Below, in pieces: positions 1 to 13,871 of a stretch of 64,000 nucleotides of DNA. Within the stretch, counting starts at the first letter, position 1. Each line of letters opens with the position of its first letter. Source of the DNA: Octopus sinensis (taxonomy: Eukaryota). The position numbers were made by a program, and so were the translations under genes. The DNA is taken from assembly GCF_006345805.1 (NCBI RefSeq), contig NC_043015.1, positions 6,696,001 through 6,760,000 of the forward strand, in the 5' to 3' direction. The notes under the pieces were generated by a model, which did not search any database, was not told the DNA's origin, and saw nothing but the letters and a program-made list of their open reading frames with translations.

Positions 1-1982
1 CCTCCGCCACCCCATAAGCATCAACACCTTCTTCATCAACAACTACATTATCATCATCATCGTAGTCGTCATCGTTATTAGCAACTACAACAGCAATAAC
101 TACAAACATAACTGCAAAGATAACAACATCGTGAACAAACACACACACACACACACTCACATTCAGTGACGTCGTCAAAGGAGTATATTCTTAGGGAGCT
201 ATCTGGATATTGGGGTGCATGTTGAAAGCTTATAATCGCATTAAAAGCTGTTGTAAGTTTAGGAACATCTTAAAAGTTTCTGAAGTCGTCGATTGCTAGA
301 AAACCCGTTGAAAGGAAATGGAAATGTTGAAAGCAAAAAGGCCAAGTTAAAGCAAAAGGCCAGATAAATGTAAAGATCTAGTTGAAAACTAGATAAACAT
401 TAAGAGCTGAGGATTAAGTTTTAAGCAACGAAGTTCGTTGATATTTAGGGAGCAAATTAAGAGTAACAGAATATGCTGAAAGTTAGAAGGCAAATTAAAA
501 ATTAGAAAACAAGTTTGAAAACAAGGCAGCATGATGCAGGGAAGAAAACAATTTCTCAAATTACTTCAGTGTGACGTGGCCTAGAATGTGTCATTGTTAC
601 CATAGTATTGACATCAATTCGTAGATTCCTATTCTAGATTATAGCAATTTAACTTCTTCCGTTCACCCTTCAACTCGAGTATTTGCTACGGTGACAAAAG
701 TCAGTGAAACCAGGTATTCCATCTTCTGTTCGAATATAACGATTCCTTATCCAGTTTTCTTAGATGGTATTCTCTAATACATTTTTACTGCTTCTTATAA
801 GGGAACGTCATAATACTTCCATGACATGATTATTTCATTAATTTATCGGAAATAGATACTGAATTTTTTACGTAACCCAGTACAACACTGTAATGTTGAT
901 GCTGTGAGCATCATAAGTCCACATGGTAATCTACCGAGGAAAAGCAATACTTGGAGATTCACTTCTATATGGAAAACATTCAACAGCAACACCTACGTTG
1001 TTTATGCTGTAGGAAATGGTTTCTTCTTCATAATAAGCCATTTTACACCTTCACTAAATAAGTAAACGATATTCACACCTATTTTAAAGACGCCATTATA
1101 AAAATTAAAAAGAAAATTTATTATTTATAATTTTTTCCTACATGTAATTACAACTAGTCAATGCACAGGTTTTTTTTTTGTTTGCTTCATTTATTTTTTG
1201 GAATGATTTCTTAATTGTTTTTCTTTTTAATTTATTTGCTTGATTATTTATATTTACAACTATGTTCTTGATTTTATTTTAGTCTACTTTCATCTATGAA
1301 AGAAAACGTGCATCATCGCCAAGAAGGAAAAAAAGGTCTATAGGTTTGTTACGTACTAGAAGTGAGAACACGAGAGATTTACATAACCACAAGTAAAAAT
1401 AAATAGGTATATAAATAACAAATAACGAAGAAAAAAATTAAATTTTTAAGTTTCACAGAAGAAATGTTGAAAGAACAAAAAATGAGCAAATTACAAAAAA
1501 AATAATAATATAAACAGAGAGAAATACAGATAATAAGAAAATAATCGTATAATGAAATATAAAAAATATATTCAAAAATATCTCTGAAGATTAGAGAATG
1601 AGAACAAGAGGGAAAAAAGGAAAAAAAAAAACGGAGGAATTCAGTGATCTGTTAATATCTCCTCCAGCCAGAAATATGCACCACTAGTCTAATGTCTAAT
1701 TAATCGAAACTTAGTGTGTAAGTGCCTATGCGTGTGTGAGTATACGACACAAATATATGTGTGTGTGTGTGTGTATATTTTTCCGCGTGTATATGTGTGT
1801 GTTATAGTGTATACGTGTGCTGTCACTTCATTTCATTTCTATTCTATCTTTAAAATTCTTTCTGTTTCCCCATCTCCCCTCCTCTACAGCACACCTTTCT
1901 GATAGTCTAATCAAAGTTTTCATCTTTACCCCTCTTTTCATCTTTCTTTCACATATTTTGCATATAATATATATATGTTTAA

Positions 1983-2027
<45 letters not shown>

Positions 2028-2052
2028 ATAATATATATATGTATATATGATA

Positions 2053-2087
<35 letters not shown>

Positions 2088-2092
2088 CGTAG

Positions 2093-2145
<53 letters not shown>

Positions 2146-2154
2146 GTATATATG

Positions 2155-2200
<46 letters not shown>

Positions 2201-2458
2201 TATATATATATATATATATTATATATATATAATATATATTCTTTTTTACTATTTTCGCAAGACGAAAGCATAGAGAAAGACATCGTCAACTCCTTTCCTC
2301 TCCAATTCTTCCGACACCACAATCAACACCACAACCATCATCATCATCATCATCATCGTCATAATCGTCATCAACATCAAAAACAACAAGAATGCGAACA
2401 CCATAAAAATAACATCATTAAAATTAACAGCAAAATACACACACACACACACACACAA

Positions 2459-2494
<36 letters not shown>

Positions 2495-2865
2495 CACATA
2501 TATCTAAAACAAATAAAACAAATAAAAGCTTTTGTTTTAATTAAATTTTACGTGGTTTAAGAAAATTCGACAGCTTTCCTCTCGAACTGCGAATACAAAT
2601 CACGATCTCCTATTATTGATTTTATATTATTATTATTATTATTGTTGGATATTTTTTCCTGGTTTCTTCTTGTGCTTGAGATAGTGCTCGAGGTGTCATG
2701 GTGCAGTAGTCAATTCTCACTTATTCGAATCCAGTTTTAGCCATTCCCATTCAATTTCTCAGCAGCATTTACCTTTTATAGATGTAAACACGCATGTTCA
2801 TATTATCTTATATTCTTAGCAACATGTTAAAAATTTCTGGTAACCATACATCCGCTCATATGTAC

Positions 2866-2904
<39 letters not shown>

Positions 2905-2919
2905 CACAACACACACCAT

Positions 2920-2972
<53 letters not shown>

Positions 2973-2978
<6 letters not shown>

Positions 2979-3150
2979 GTCTGCCGTTGCGTTCTGGGTT
3001 CAAATTCCGCCGAGGTCGACTTTGCCTTTCATCCTTTCGGGGTCGATAAATTAAGTACCAGTTACGCACTGGGGTCGATGTAATCGACTTAATCCGTTTG
3101 TCTGTCCTTGTTTGTCCCCTCTGTGTTTAGCCCCTTGTGGGTAGTAAAGA

Positions 3151-3154
<4 letters not shown>
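2973..3154 (+). mobile_element. tRNA-derived SINE family B (Deu/Nin-like central domain), lacking the A-box end, embedded in (AT)n
   Basis: B-box-like GGGTTCAAATTCC, then GTCGACTTTGCCTTTCATCCTTTCGGGGTCGATAAATTAAGTACC; same sequence recurs many times in the window. Confidence 0.85.
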
Positions 3155-3215
<61 letters not shown>

Positions 3216-3407
3216 ATATAATAAGGTTTCTGATAGAACCAAATACTTGAAAAGATAAGCCCCAGAGAGTATACAGCAGGGATGTGGCTGAATTATGAAA
3301 TAGGAGAATGACCAATATAGTTGGCCATAAAAATATATACATAGACAGATGGATGGAGTTACGTATATTAACCCACACACACGTGTGTGTATATATATAT
3401 ATGCACG

Positions 3408-3749
3408 GTGAAGGCGCATGACTCCTGTGGTTAGAGGGCCGAGTTTACGATCATGAGTTTGTGAGTTCAATTCCCGGACCGAGCTGAGTGTTAAGTTCTT
3501 TGAGCAAGATACTTTATTTCTCGTTGCTCCAGTTAAGTCAGCTGTAGAAATGAGTTGCGACATCACTGGTGCCAGGGGGTATCAGCCCCTTTGCCTTTCT
3601 CTTGGATAACATCAGTGGTGTGGAGAGTGGAGGCTGGGATTCAGGGGCGACTACAGGCCTTCCACAAATAACCTTGCCCGGACTTGTGCTTCGGAGGCTA
3701 ACTTTCTAGGTTCAATCCCATGATTATTCATGACCACAGGGGTGTCCTC
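3408..3749 (+). mobile_element. tRNA-derived SINE family C
   Basis: A-box-like TGTGGTTAGAG, B-box GAGTTCAATTCC, central TTGAGCAAGATACTTTATTTC..GTTGCTCC; homologous copy at 50366-50700. Confidence 0.8.
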
Positions 3750-3867
3750 ATACACACGCACGCACACATATATTTATGTATCAACATATACAGAGACTGT
3801 CAGACAGACAGATAGGTTGATAGAAACAAACACAGAAACAAACAAACCAACGAACTAAGATAGGTTG

Positions 3868-3924
3868 ACATACAGACAGACAGACAGACAGACAGGCGGA
3901 CGGATGGACGGACAGACAGATAGG

Positions 3925-3980
<56 letters not shown>

Positions 3981-3997
3981 CAGATGGATAGATAAAT
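3868..3997. repeat. (GACA)n/(GATA)n microsatellite
   Basis: direct reading. Confidence 0.95.
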
Positions 3998-5065
3998 AGT
4001 GCCTCTGCGTCGTAAGATGTCGGTATCTCCTATGACATTATTCTTGACTGAGAGTTATGGCCCAAAGTATTTTATACTTGAACATATATTATCCAAAACA
4101 TGTATCTATTTGCTTCTAGATTTTAAGTTATTAGTTAACGATGAGGTTGTTGGTAGATTTGCTATTTCTGTCGAGTGATCTCTTAGGGGCTCTGTAATGA
4201 GCATGAATGGTTGCAATGGGCTACATAAAAACTGGTGGCTAATCAACACCTTCGAAGAAAAGAAATCGTTTGCAACGTTGATTCAGATCTGAAAGACAGC
4301 AAGTCCAAATTTTTGTCAAGAACATTTAGGGTTTTTTATTCTTTTTTTTCTTAGCGATTTTGCAATCCTCTGCCAAATATATCTTAGGTAAATTCTTTTC
4401 TAGCTATTCTCAATCCACAGATGTGTAAAGTAAAAAATTAACTTGACCACCAATAGGATTTTAGCGTGTAGCAATAATGCTCTGATGCTTAGGGCGGAAG
4501 TTAAACATACGAAATATATCTAACAGATTTACTGCATAGTTCCAAGCGAGTATCTGAAATGATGCAAAGGAGAAAAATGTCACACGAAGATGCAACACAA
4601 TAATTGTTACCGATTTGAACGTACAATGTATAAATTGTCATAATAAAAGCTTACGCACTCAATCTCCTTGTATCTAGTGAATAAGATTTATAACAGCTTT
4701 GCGCAACTAGTTCTCGTTCTGTCTTTGTGAATAAGATTTTTTTTTCTTTTCTTTGCCGAAGGTCAATATGGCCTTCATTTTCATACATTGAGTTTCAGTC
4801 AATCTTATTTCAATATTGTTGCTTCGTGAAGCATTTCGAAGGCTTGAATAGGAAATCAAGTCTTTGGCATTAGAGCAGGCGCTCGTGTGTGATCACTACA
4901 CAATACCTCTTTTTCTTGGTGTCCATCTTCCCAAATATACCGACATGAACAATATTGATGATTTGAATTTCAGGTTAATTTTACAGATTCACTAAAAACT
5001 TCATGCCTCCTGCAGAATATTACTAACCAATAATATCAGATATTATATTGTCAGGTTATCTCTCA

Positions 5066-5165
5066 NNNNNNNNNNNNNNNNNNNNNNNNNNNNNNNNNNN
5101 NNNNNNNNNNNNNNNNNNNNNNNNNNNNNNNNNNNNNNNNNNNNNNNNNNNNNNNNNNNNNNNNN
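5066..5165. other. assembly gap (100 N placeholder) abutting an (AAT)n tract
   Basis: exactly 100 Ns. Confidence 1.
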
Positions 5166-5198
<33 letters not shown>

Positions 5199-5582
5199 TA
5201 TTGATACTGATAATGATGATTAATATGATGATGACGATGATTATAGTGATAAGTGGCACTGGTAATGTAGCGGTTATGTAAAAATAGAGACAGAGGCCAA
5301 TAAAATCAATAGCGAGAGAGATAGAGATGAGAGTTTTTATTTTTTATTTTAAACTTATCAACACGCTACTCTCGAAGTGAACATCACTTTTAGCACAATC
5401 AACTAAAAATAACCTTACATACTCGGCACCATGAAATTTTAAAATTTTCTTTTATATTTAATCTGTAATTTTTTTTCTCCTACAAATGTCTATTTTACAC
5501 ACAATTATATAAACCACAATTTAATCGCCACACATTGAAACTACTCTGGCCTCATACGCAAATACATGCGCAGACGCATATA

Positions 5583-5635
<53 letters not shown>

Positions 5636-5792
5636 ATATATATATATATATATCAATATATATATATATATATCAATATATATACATATATCAATATATT
5701 ATATATATCAATATATATATATACATATATCATATATATATATACATATATCAATATATTATATATCATATATATATATATATAATTATATA

Positions 5793-5833
<41 letters not shown>

Positions 5834-6548
5834 GCATATATATGCCTAGTGTTTTCTTTATTCCACATTTGTGTCTTGTCATTATATTGTATGTATTTGG
5901 GTGCGGTGTAATTTGAAATGATTCAATAATTAATAATGATTGAATGTGACCAATTATATCCACACCTTTTCTGTCAGCCTAAAATATTAATTTAGCTAAC
6001 ATTCTTGAAATAAATAGATATTTTCTTCTCTGTTTCCTTTTTTTTTTCATTCCGCTTTTTGTCATATATGTTTTTGCCATTGCAATGTTTTTTTTTTATT
6101 CTAACATTTGGTTTTCTAATTTTATCTATCCTGTTTTCTGTTTACTTTGCACTATGTCTGCTTTTAATTTCATGCTCATATATATATATATTTATTAAAG
6201 TGGTTACCCGCAAAGTTTGTCGGTGTGCGTAGGTCTCTGTTGCCCTGGAACAGTTTTCATGAAAGCTATCTCAGTTACGAAAGAAGATTGTGCACCAATC
6301 GTGGATCTAGTTCGTTTTTTTTTCTTTTTTACGTAAGTCTTCTACATAATAAGGTTTGGAATCTCAGTGAAATGGTGTTAAATTAATCATGCTTTGGAGT
6401 ATTTGTTTTCTTATGTCAGCTGTTGGATTCGAACCTCTGAATCTGGAAATATTTTGAAACTCAGATATCATTATTATGAAACCTTTCAAATAAAGGAACA
6501 TGCACAATGTTATCGAAGTTAGCTATGCAGCCGAAATATCATTAACCC

Positions 6549-6562
6549 ATAATAATAATAAC

Positions 6563-6621
<59 letters not shown>

Positions 6622-6660
6622 TGATGATGATGATGATGATGATGATAACAACAACAACAA
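6549..6660. repeat. (AAT)n-(GAT)n-(AAC)n compound microsatellite
   Basis: direct reading. Confidence 0.95.
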
Positions 6661-6687
6661 ATCATCTTCTTTAGAAATATACTTTGT

Positions 6688-6822
6688 GCTATAAGCACAA
6701 GGCTTGGAATTTTGTTGCTAGGAGTAGTTAATTGCATGGATACCAGTCCTCACTTGGTACTTATTTTATCGACTCTAAAGGATGGAAGGCAAAGTCGAGC
6801 CCGGCGGCATCTGAACGCAGAA
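6688..6822 (-). mobile_element. degenerate SINE family B fragment
   Basis: TGGTACTTATTTTATCGACTCTAAAGGATGGAAGGCAAAGTCGAGC matches family B reverse complement. Confidence 0.7.
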
Positions 6823-7321
6823 TTCCTACTTAGAAATATCAACAGCCGTGACCAAATTTACAGACTGAATAGGACAATTTTTGTCGAGCCCCAGGAAGCT
6901 CGAAATATCACCTACTTCACCCAAACATCTAGTTGCACATATAGCATCATCCTCCTGAAATTTATGATATGTCTAATAGAAATTACATCTAATAGAATCA
7001 CATCTCTCGCACCTGATTTTCGCCTTTACTTATACGAAGCAAGCATGCGACGGAAGCGGATGTTTACATTCTTTCATTACCTCTACAGTTTATTTTACCC
7101 TCCTCTTTCTCTCTGTCTCCTCTTTCACTCCCTCCACTTTCTGTCTGTCTTATTTAACCCCCCCCCCTTCTCCCTGTCTTGTGTTCGTAAACTCTGAAAA
7201 GGGGTAATTTACCTGAAATATTGTCACCGTTATATACTTTCTAGGTAAAATATCAGTAATCAGTTATTAATTTTCCAACTACATTAGTGTAGTCTTATAG
7301 CACAACACTTAAACACACACA

Positions 7322-7373
<52 letters not shown>

Positions 7374-7770
7374 GCACACACATACACATAACGACACATT
7401 TCCATATTTCAAATAATCTATCCATTTATCCATCTTAAAATCAATCTGTCTATCTAAATAGCTAGTTAGCTATCTACCTCTGTCTGATTGTATATATATC
7501 TCTCTTTATATACATACACATGTATATATATATATATATATATATTTATTGTGCATGTGTATATAACATGAATGGATATGTCAGTGTGCGTATGCATGTA
7601 TAAAGTGCATACGCATAAACACATATCTATGTATATCTGTTGAGGGATTAGAAGCGTAATAATTTCTATATTACTTGCAATTACATATACATAATCCTAC
7701 TTCAGGGCCAAATGAACATAAGGGTATGGTAACATTACACACTATTTCTTTTCTTTCTTTTCTTTCTTTT

Positions 7771-8148
7771 ACTTGTTTCAGTCATTTTGACTGCGGCCAT
7801 GCTGCAGCACCGCCTTTTAGTCGAGCAACTCGACCCCGGCACTCATTCTTTTTGTAAGCCCAGTACTTTATTCTATCGGTCTCTTTTTGCCGAACCGCTA
7901 AGTGACGAGGACGTAAACACACCAGCATCGGTTGTCAAGCAATGCTAGGGGAACAAACACAGACAACAAAACAACACACATACATATATATATACATATA
8001 TACGACAGACTTCTTTCAGTTTCCGTCTACCAAATCCACTCACAAGGCATGGTCGGCCGGGGATATAGCAGAAGACACTTGCCCAAGATACCACGCAGTG
8101 GGACTGAACCCGGAACCATGTGGTTGGTTAGCAAGCTACTTACCACTA
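7771..8148 (-). mobile_element. tRNA-derived SINE family A with internal (CA/TA) tract
   Basis: ACTTGTTTCAGTCATTTTGACTGCGGCCATGCTG ... AAGACACTTGCCCAAG ... GGGACTGAACCCGGAACCATGTGG; several near-identical copies in the window. Confidence 0.9.
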
Positions 8149-8468
8149 TATAAATTTATTTTAATTTTTCGAAAAAGAATAATAATTAATTTAATTACAC
8201 ATAAATGATATAACATATAATAATTAACTTTTGTGTCATCTTGTACACAAGACACGTTTCCATGCACATAGAAGAGAAATAGAAGGGAAGGGGGTTAGCT
8301 AATGAGAAGAGAGAAGGAAAGAGAGGAGTCGGTGTGGAGGTATATAGTTCAGCCAAAAACTATTCTCTAATACATTCATAATTTACCCGGGCTTTCTCAC
8401 ATCTCTAACTATCTCTTAATATATATATCTATAGCTCTATATAATAGTACTATCTATCTATCTATCTA

Positions 8469-8509
<41 letters not shown>

Positions 8510-8541
8510 GTTTTTCTCTCCCCTCTCTCCCTCTCTCTCTG

Positions 8542-8573
<32 letters not shown>

Positions 8574-8830
8574 TATATATGTATGTCTGCCTGCCTTGCT
8601 GTCTGTGTGTCTGTCTTTCAGTCTGTCTCTCTGTATATTTATCTATCTCTCTATCCAACTTAATCTGCAGCTCTCTCTCTCTCACTCTGTCTCTCTCTCT
8701 CTCTTTCCATACATATATACATATATACATACATATATATGTATGTATATAGACCTGCGTAAGTGTGCCTGTATCTATCTATATATGCAATCTATCAATC
8801 CATCTATCTATCTATACATACGCATGTGTG

Positions 8831-8861
<31 letters not shown>

Positions 8862-9441
8862 GCATATTATATGCATATATTTGTATATAAACGCTGTCAT
8901 ATGGATGTGTATGTATATATATACATAAGTGTATATACACACATATGCATATATATATGCATACATTCATACATACATACATACATACATACATACATAC
9001 ATACATACATACATACATACCGTACTTGGAGCTGGGTTGATTGATCCCATGGCTATGTACGTAAATGCCTCCGAAGCAATATCGAGATGTTGGGTTTCAT
9101 AATACCCGCAGGAATTCGGCTAATTAGAAAATTACAATTATAAGCCATTAATGAAAGTTTTATAATCATTTAGCTGTTTAGATTGAATCATGTACACTTA
9201 CGCACACATCGACCAGGAATCATATATATATATATACATACACGTCAATGTCTAAGTACTGCACATGCTATAAGATATATATAAAGGAACACAGATACAC
9301 ATGCGGAGACATGCTTGCATATATATATATATATATACATATATATACATACACGCACAAGCACATATATATACATGTACATATATATACATGCACATAT
9401 ATGCATACGTATATGTGTATATATATATACTTTATATGCAT

Positions 9442-9497
<56 letters not shown>

Positions 9498-9879
9498 TTA
9501 AATATATGTGAATGTGTATGCATTTGTGTTTGAATATATATGCGTTTATCTGTACAAGTTAAAAACAACTTTTAGATGGCTTGATGGTTGAAGCACTATA
9601 GAATCGAACTTGATTTAAGTTAGATGTAGTGATTGTTTAGATAGCCACAGCGCTTTCCAAACTGATATTGGGTAAACAAACGATTAGAGCAATTCTGTAT
9701 ATCTCACTGAATATTTGACAATATTTCATATATCTTTAATCTTGTATCTCTTAGTTTCTTCATTCATTAGACAGCGGCCATACGGAGGCGCTAACTTGAA
9801 GAAATTTTATCGACCTTTTAATTATACTTCCAAAATATTCTATCAGCATCTTTGTCCGAACTGCTAAATTACGGGGAAA

Positions 9880-10210
9880 CAAGCACGCCAACATTGAATG
9901 TTATTACTGATGGCAGACACACACATACACACACGCACACACGCACGCATGTTTTTACACACAGACGACGGGATTCTTTCAGTTTCTGTCTCCTTAATTC
10001 ACTCAAAAAGCTTCCGTCATCCTGACCATAAAGCGCAAGACACTTGCATAATGTGCAATGCAGTGGAACTATACTACAGATCATTACAAAAGTCATATAG
10101 CCTTTGTATTTAGTCGTTCCACGGCATACCTCCATGTCATTGGCGTGCTCAATCCTAAGGATATAGAATCTGAGGTCCCGCTGCTCTAAACACTAGGCCA
10201 TGTGCCTCCA
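9880..10210 (-). mobile_element. degenerate SINE remnant(s), family A-like
   Basis: GACGACGGGATTCTTTCAGTTTC and AAGACACTTGCAT...GCAGTGGAAC match family A blocks. Confidence 0.55.
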
Positions 10211-10326
10211 CATTTTTAATTATGCATAACTTTTAATGATTCAATAGAAAATTTCCTGAGTGTAAGCAGGTTGTGTGAAGCTTTGTAGAAAGTAAGTAAA
10301 GTATTAACGAAGACAGAATAGATATT

Positions 10327-10727
10327 CTTATCTACTCTAAGCACAAAGCCCTAAATTTTGGGGGAAAGGGGCCAGTCGATTAGATCGACCTAAGTACGCA
10401 ACTGGTGCTTTATTTAATTGACCCCGAAAGGATAAAAGGCAAAGTCGACCTCGGAGGAATTTGAACTTAGAACGTAAAGACAGACGAAATACTTATTTCT
10501 TTACTACCCACAAGGGGCTAAACACAGAGAGGACAAACAAGGACAGACAGACGGATTAAGTCGATTATATCGATCCCAGTGCGTAACTGGTACTTATTTC
10601 ATCGATCCCCGAAAGGATGAAAGGCAAATTCAACCTTGACGGAATTTGAACTCAGAACATAAAGACAAACGAAATAACGCAAAGCATTTCAACCGGCGTG
10701 CTGACGTTTCTGCCAGATCCCCGCATT
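10327..10727 (-). mobile_element. SINE family B head-to-tail dimer
   Basis: two family B bodies joined at GACGAAATACT|TATTTCTTTACTACCCAC (10493/10494); tRNA head at 10678-10727; TSD-like flanks 10309-10326 and 10728-10745 (14/18). Confidence 0.85.
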
Positions 10728-11047
10728 GAAAACGCAACAGATATTAAGAATAGCCTGTCTTGAGTGCGCCTGTATTCCGATGGTTACCAGGGGATACATA
10801 TACGCATAGATGCATTCATGTGTTTTGTCTATGAGTATGTTTGTGTGAGTGTGTGTTTTTAAAAGTATGTGTGAGTATTAGAGTATACATGTATACGCAT
10901 ATAGCCCAAGACACTATACACGAGATATGATGTTTATATATGTATATATATATATATGTATCAGTGTGGGCGTGTGTACCTGTGTATATGTTTATGTGTA
11001 CGTGTGTGTATGTATGTGGTTGCGTGTGTGTGCATATATCTATCTAC

Positions 11048-11086
<39 letters not shown>

Positions 11087-11760
11087 AATGTATGTATCTA
11101 TATATGTATGCATGTATGTATATACACATATATGCATATGTATATATGTATATAGATATGTATGTATGCATATATGTGTGTATACACACAAATATATGCT
11201 TATTTCCATAAGACATACACAGAAATATGTACGTATGTGGGTGGGGTTTGGAACGCATGCTTACGCGTGTACGCACACGTGCATACGTGCGCATGGCTTC
11301 GTCTCGATGCGTCAGTATGTATCTGTACGCGCATATATATATGCGCTTGTGCGTTTAAGTTTGCGCTTCTTTGTGTATTACACATACAGCAAGTCAAAAA
11401 CAAAACAGAAAATAAAGATAACGCAACAGCCCAGGATATAACCAAATGAAGAAATGCTACATAGATGATAATAAACGCAGGAACAAAACACCAAAGGTGT
11501 GAATGTTATTGTCTACACATCTGTGTTTTATTTCTCTCTGAAACTATCATTAACACAATTTTTTTTTCCTACCGACGATACTGGAATTCTTATTTAACTT
11601 AGTTTTTCAATGTGTAAAAATTTCTTCAGCAGATTCTGAAAGTTGGCTAATAGTTAAAGAGGAAGTGCAAGATTTATAATTTTGTATTTCTTCATGTTTC
11701 TCTTGTACATATGCTGTTTGGTGGGGAAAGATGCGTTAAGACAGACCAAGATATATATGC

Positions 11761-11791
<31 letters not shown>

Positions 11792-11908
11792 TATGAATGT
11801 ATGCGTATGTGATTACGTGGGTGCTTGCACACACACACACACATACACGCATATTTTCACTGCTTTATATCCGCATTCTCTCTCTATCTTTCTCTCCCTA
11901 TCTCTCTT

Positions 11909-11979
<71 letters not shown>

Positions 11980-11989
11980 ATAGTTAATC

Positions 11990-12175
11990 CAGACATGTAG
12001 AAAGAGAAAACACAACAACGCGAGGACATGGAAGAAGTATAGTGTTATTGGACGCTGAGGAAAGGAAAGAAAGAAGGAGGATTTAACGTTTCGATCGGAA
12101 CACTTCGTCAGAAACAGAAAAAAGAAAGGTCCAAGGAAGGGAAGACGGAGAAAGAAAATCACCAGCGATACACAC
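11990..12175 (-). mobile_element. Penelope-like element terminal-repeat fragment carrying a minimal hammerhead motif
   Basis: minus strand 12115-12081 reads TGTTT-CTGACGA-AGTGTTCCGATC-GAAAC-GTT-AAAT; next to (TA)n. Confidence 0.65.
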
Positions 12176-12355
12176 GCACACACACACATACATACATATA
12201 TATACAAAGTTTGGAGTGTGGGAGATAAACCGAGTGATAAAGAGGAAATAAATAATATAGTGTATAGGTAGATAGAATTAGCACACCCTAGCCCCAAAAC
12301 TTACTATCTCTATGTCAAAATTTTAAATCATGATTATTTTAATATAATCACCATC

Positions 12356-13029
12356 AGCAGTTACAACAGCTGGGGGAATAGATGCAACAGTAGTTGGATG
12401 AGTATCAGCAAGATTATTGCAATTTTATAGGTTAGGGGCTCCCAACAATTTTTTTCGTTTTATCTATGGACCACTTTGAATACTATTCTGTTGTTGTGGA
12501 CATCCATAGAAAATCGACGTTTTAAAACTAGTTTTATAGAAACTTTATAAATTCGTATTTTGTTTTTCAGACATGAACTTACGTAGGCTACCTTCTAAAG
12601 TTAGCTAAAGTTACCCTCTTGAATCATGCCGACTCACAAGGATCGAAATCGTATAAATTCCCCACCTGTACGGGACTCCCGTCCATCCCAGAATTACGAC
12701 GTTTTGCCAGCTGTGTGGTCTAGAACAATGTGAAATGAAGTGTCTTGCTCAAGAAGACGTGTCCCTCGCTCCAGGAATCGAAACCACAATTTTACGATCA
12801 TGAGTTCAACACTCTATACACCAAGACACATGCCACCACATGTATATCAGTTAAACTATGTAAAACATTATAGAAAGAACCCATACATACCAATATACAT
12901 CTAAAGCAAAATTGTTTTCAGATGCCCTTATAATATTATTGGGGACCCACAATTTACTATTTTGTTGTGTGTACCACAAAGTTTTCTATGATCCCCAGGG
13001 GCCATAAAGAAGCCGGTTGCGTGCCACTG
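12356..13029. mobile_element. possible degenerate non-autonomous hAT (Charlie-like) element with nested SINE
   Basis: right end GGTTGCGTGCCACTG resembles hAT-Charlie TIR GGTTGAGAACCACTG; internal GGGGACCCAC / CCCCAGGGGCC motifs; left TIR poorly preserved. Confidence 0.3.
12590..12835 (-). mobile_element. SINE, family C-related
   Basis: TGAAATGAAGTGTCTTGCTCAAG and GGAATCGAAACCAC (B-box, reverse complement). Confidence 0.7.
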
Positions 13030-13074
13030 ATTTAGGCGGATAGCTACCAAAATCGTTACCCAGACGAACACAAC

Positions 13075-13165
13075 ACATTGCGGCATATCTTCGCATTCCT
13101 TGTCATCCTAATTTTCGCCGAGGTCGACTTTGCTTTCATCTTTTGTTGTCGACAACATAAATACC
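13075..13165 (+). mobile_element. degenerate SINE family B fragment
   Basis: TTCGCCGAGGTCGACTTTGCTTTCATC. Confidence 0.6.
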
Positions 13166-13539
13166 AATGAATTCTTGCCATCGTTGTAAATATACATTCC
13201 GCATCCCTAAATACTGCTGGCTTTGTGTCAAAAATTAAAGCCATTACTATTATAATTTTTAAAGTTACTTTTATTATTTCAGACATTTTCCCATATTTCT
13301 GTTACTGGCATTACTCGAAACAGTTTAGCCGCAGAGTGAGGGAATCTTTAGTGCATCGGAGAAAACATATTGTGGGGGAAATGTCACGTCGCTATGCATT
13401 ACAAGTTTAAATACCGATGAGACCATGTTTTATCGAATTCAGAGGGATCGTCAAAAGAGTGAACCAGTAGAATACTGGCTCAATGGTGTTGATTGTGTAC
13501 TTGGTTGCAGCTTTTGTGCTTAAATCAGAAGGCATTACG

Positions 13540-13745
13540 ATGGGACAGTATGTTGGCAGAATCGTTAGAGCCTCAGAAATGTGCTTTGCTTTTCATTTTT
13601 ATTATTATTTCGGATTATTTCCGTTCCGTGTTAACATTCTCTTGGGGTGCCCATTGTTGTTCATCTATTGTAGGTCGATAAAATGCACTAAAAGACACGT
13701 AGTACTAATGTCAATTTCATCGACTAGCACATTGATCGAAATTTC
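13540..13745 (+). mobile_element. degenerate SINE family B
   Basis: TGGCAGAATCGTTAG head; AGGTCGATAAAATGCACT body. Confidence 0.5.
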
Positions 13746-13792
13746 TAATCTTGTGTCTATACTAGTGTCGATTATCATTTGTGGCATCAATA

Positions 13793-13836
13793 GCTGCAGC
13801 AGCCGCAGCAACAGCAGCAGTAGTAGCAGCAGCAAT

Positions 13837-13871
<35 letters not shown>

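Noticed and set aside
560-1080. Non-repetitive segment with short frames (e.g. minus MAYYEEETISYSINNVGVAVECFPYR)
   Set aside because: All frames interrupted by stops and no recognisable family; possibly an old element
6712-7197. 161 aa plus-strand ORF
   Set aside because: N-terminus is SINE-B antisense translation and C-terminus is pyrimidine-rich low complexity
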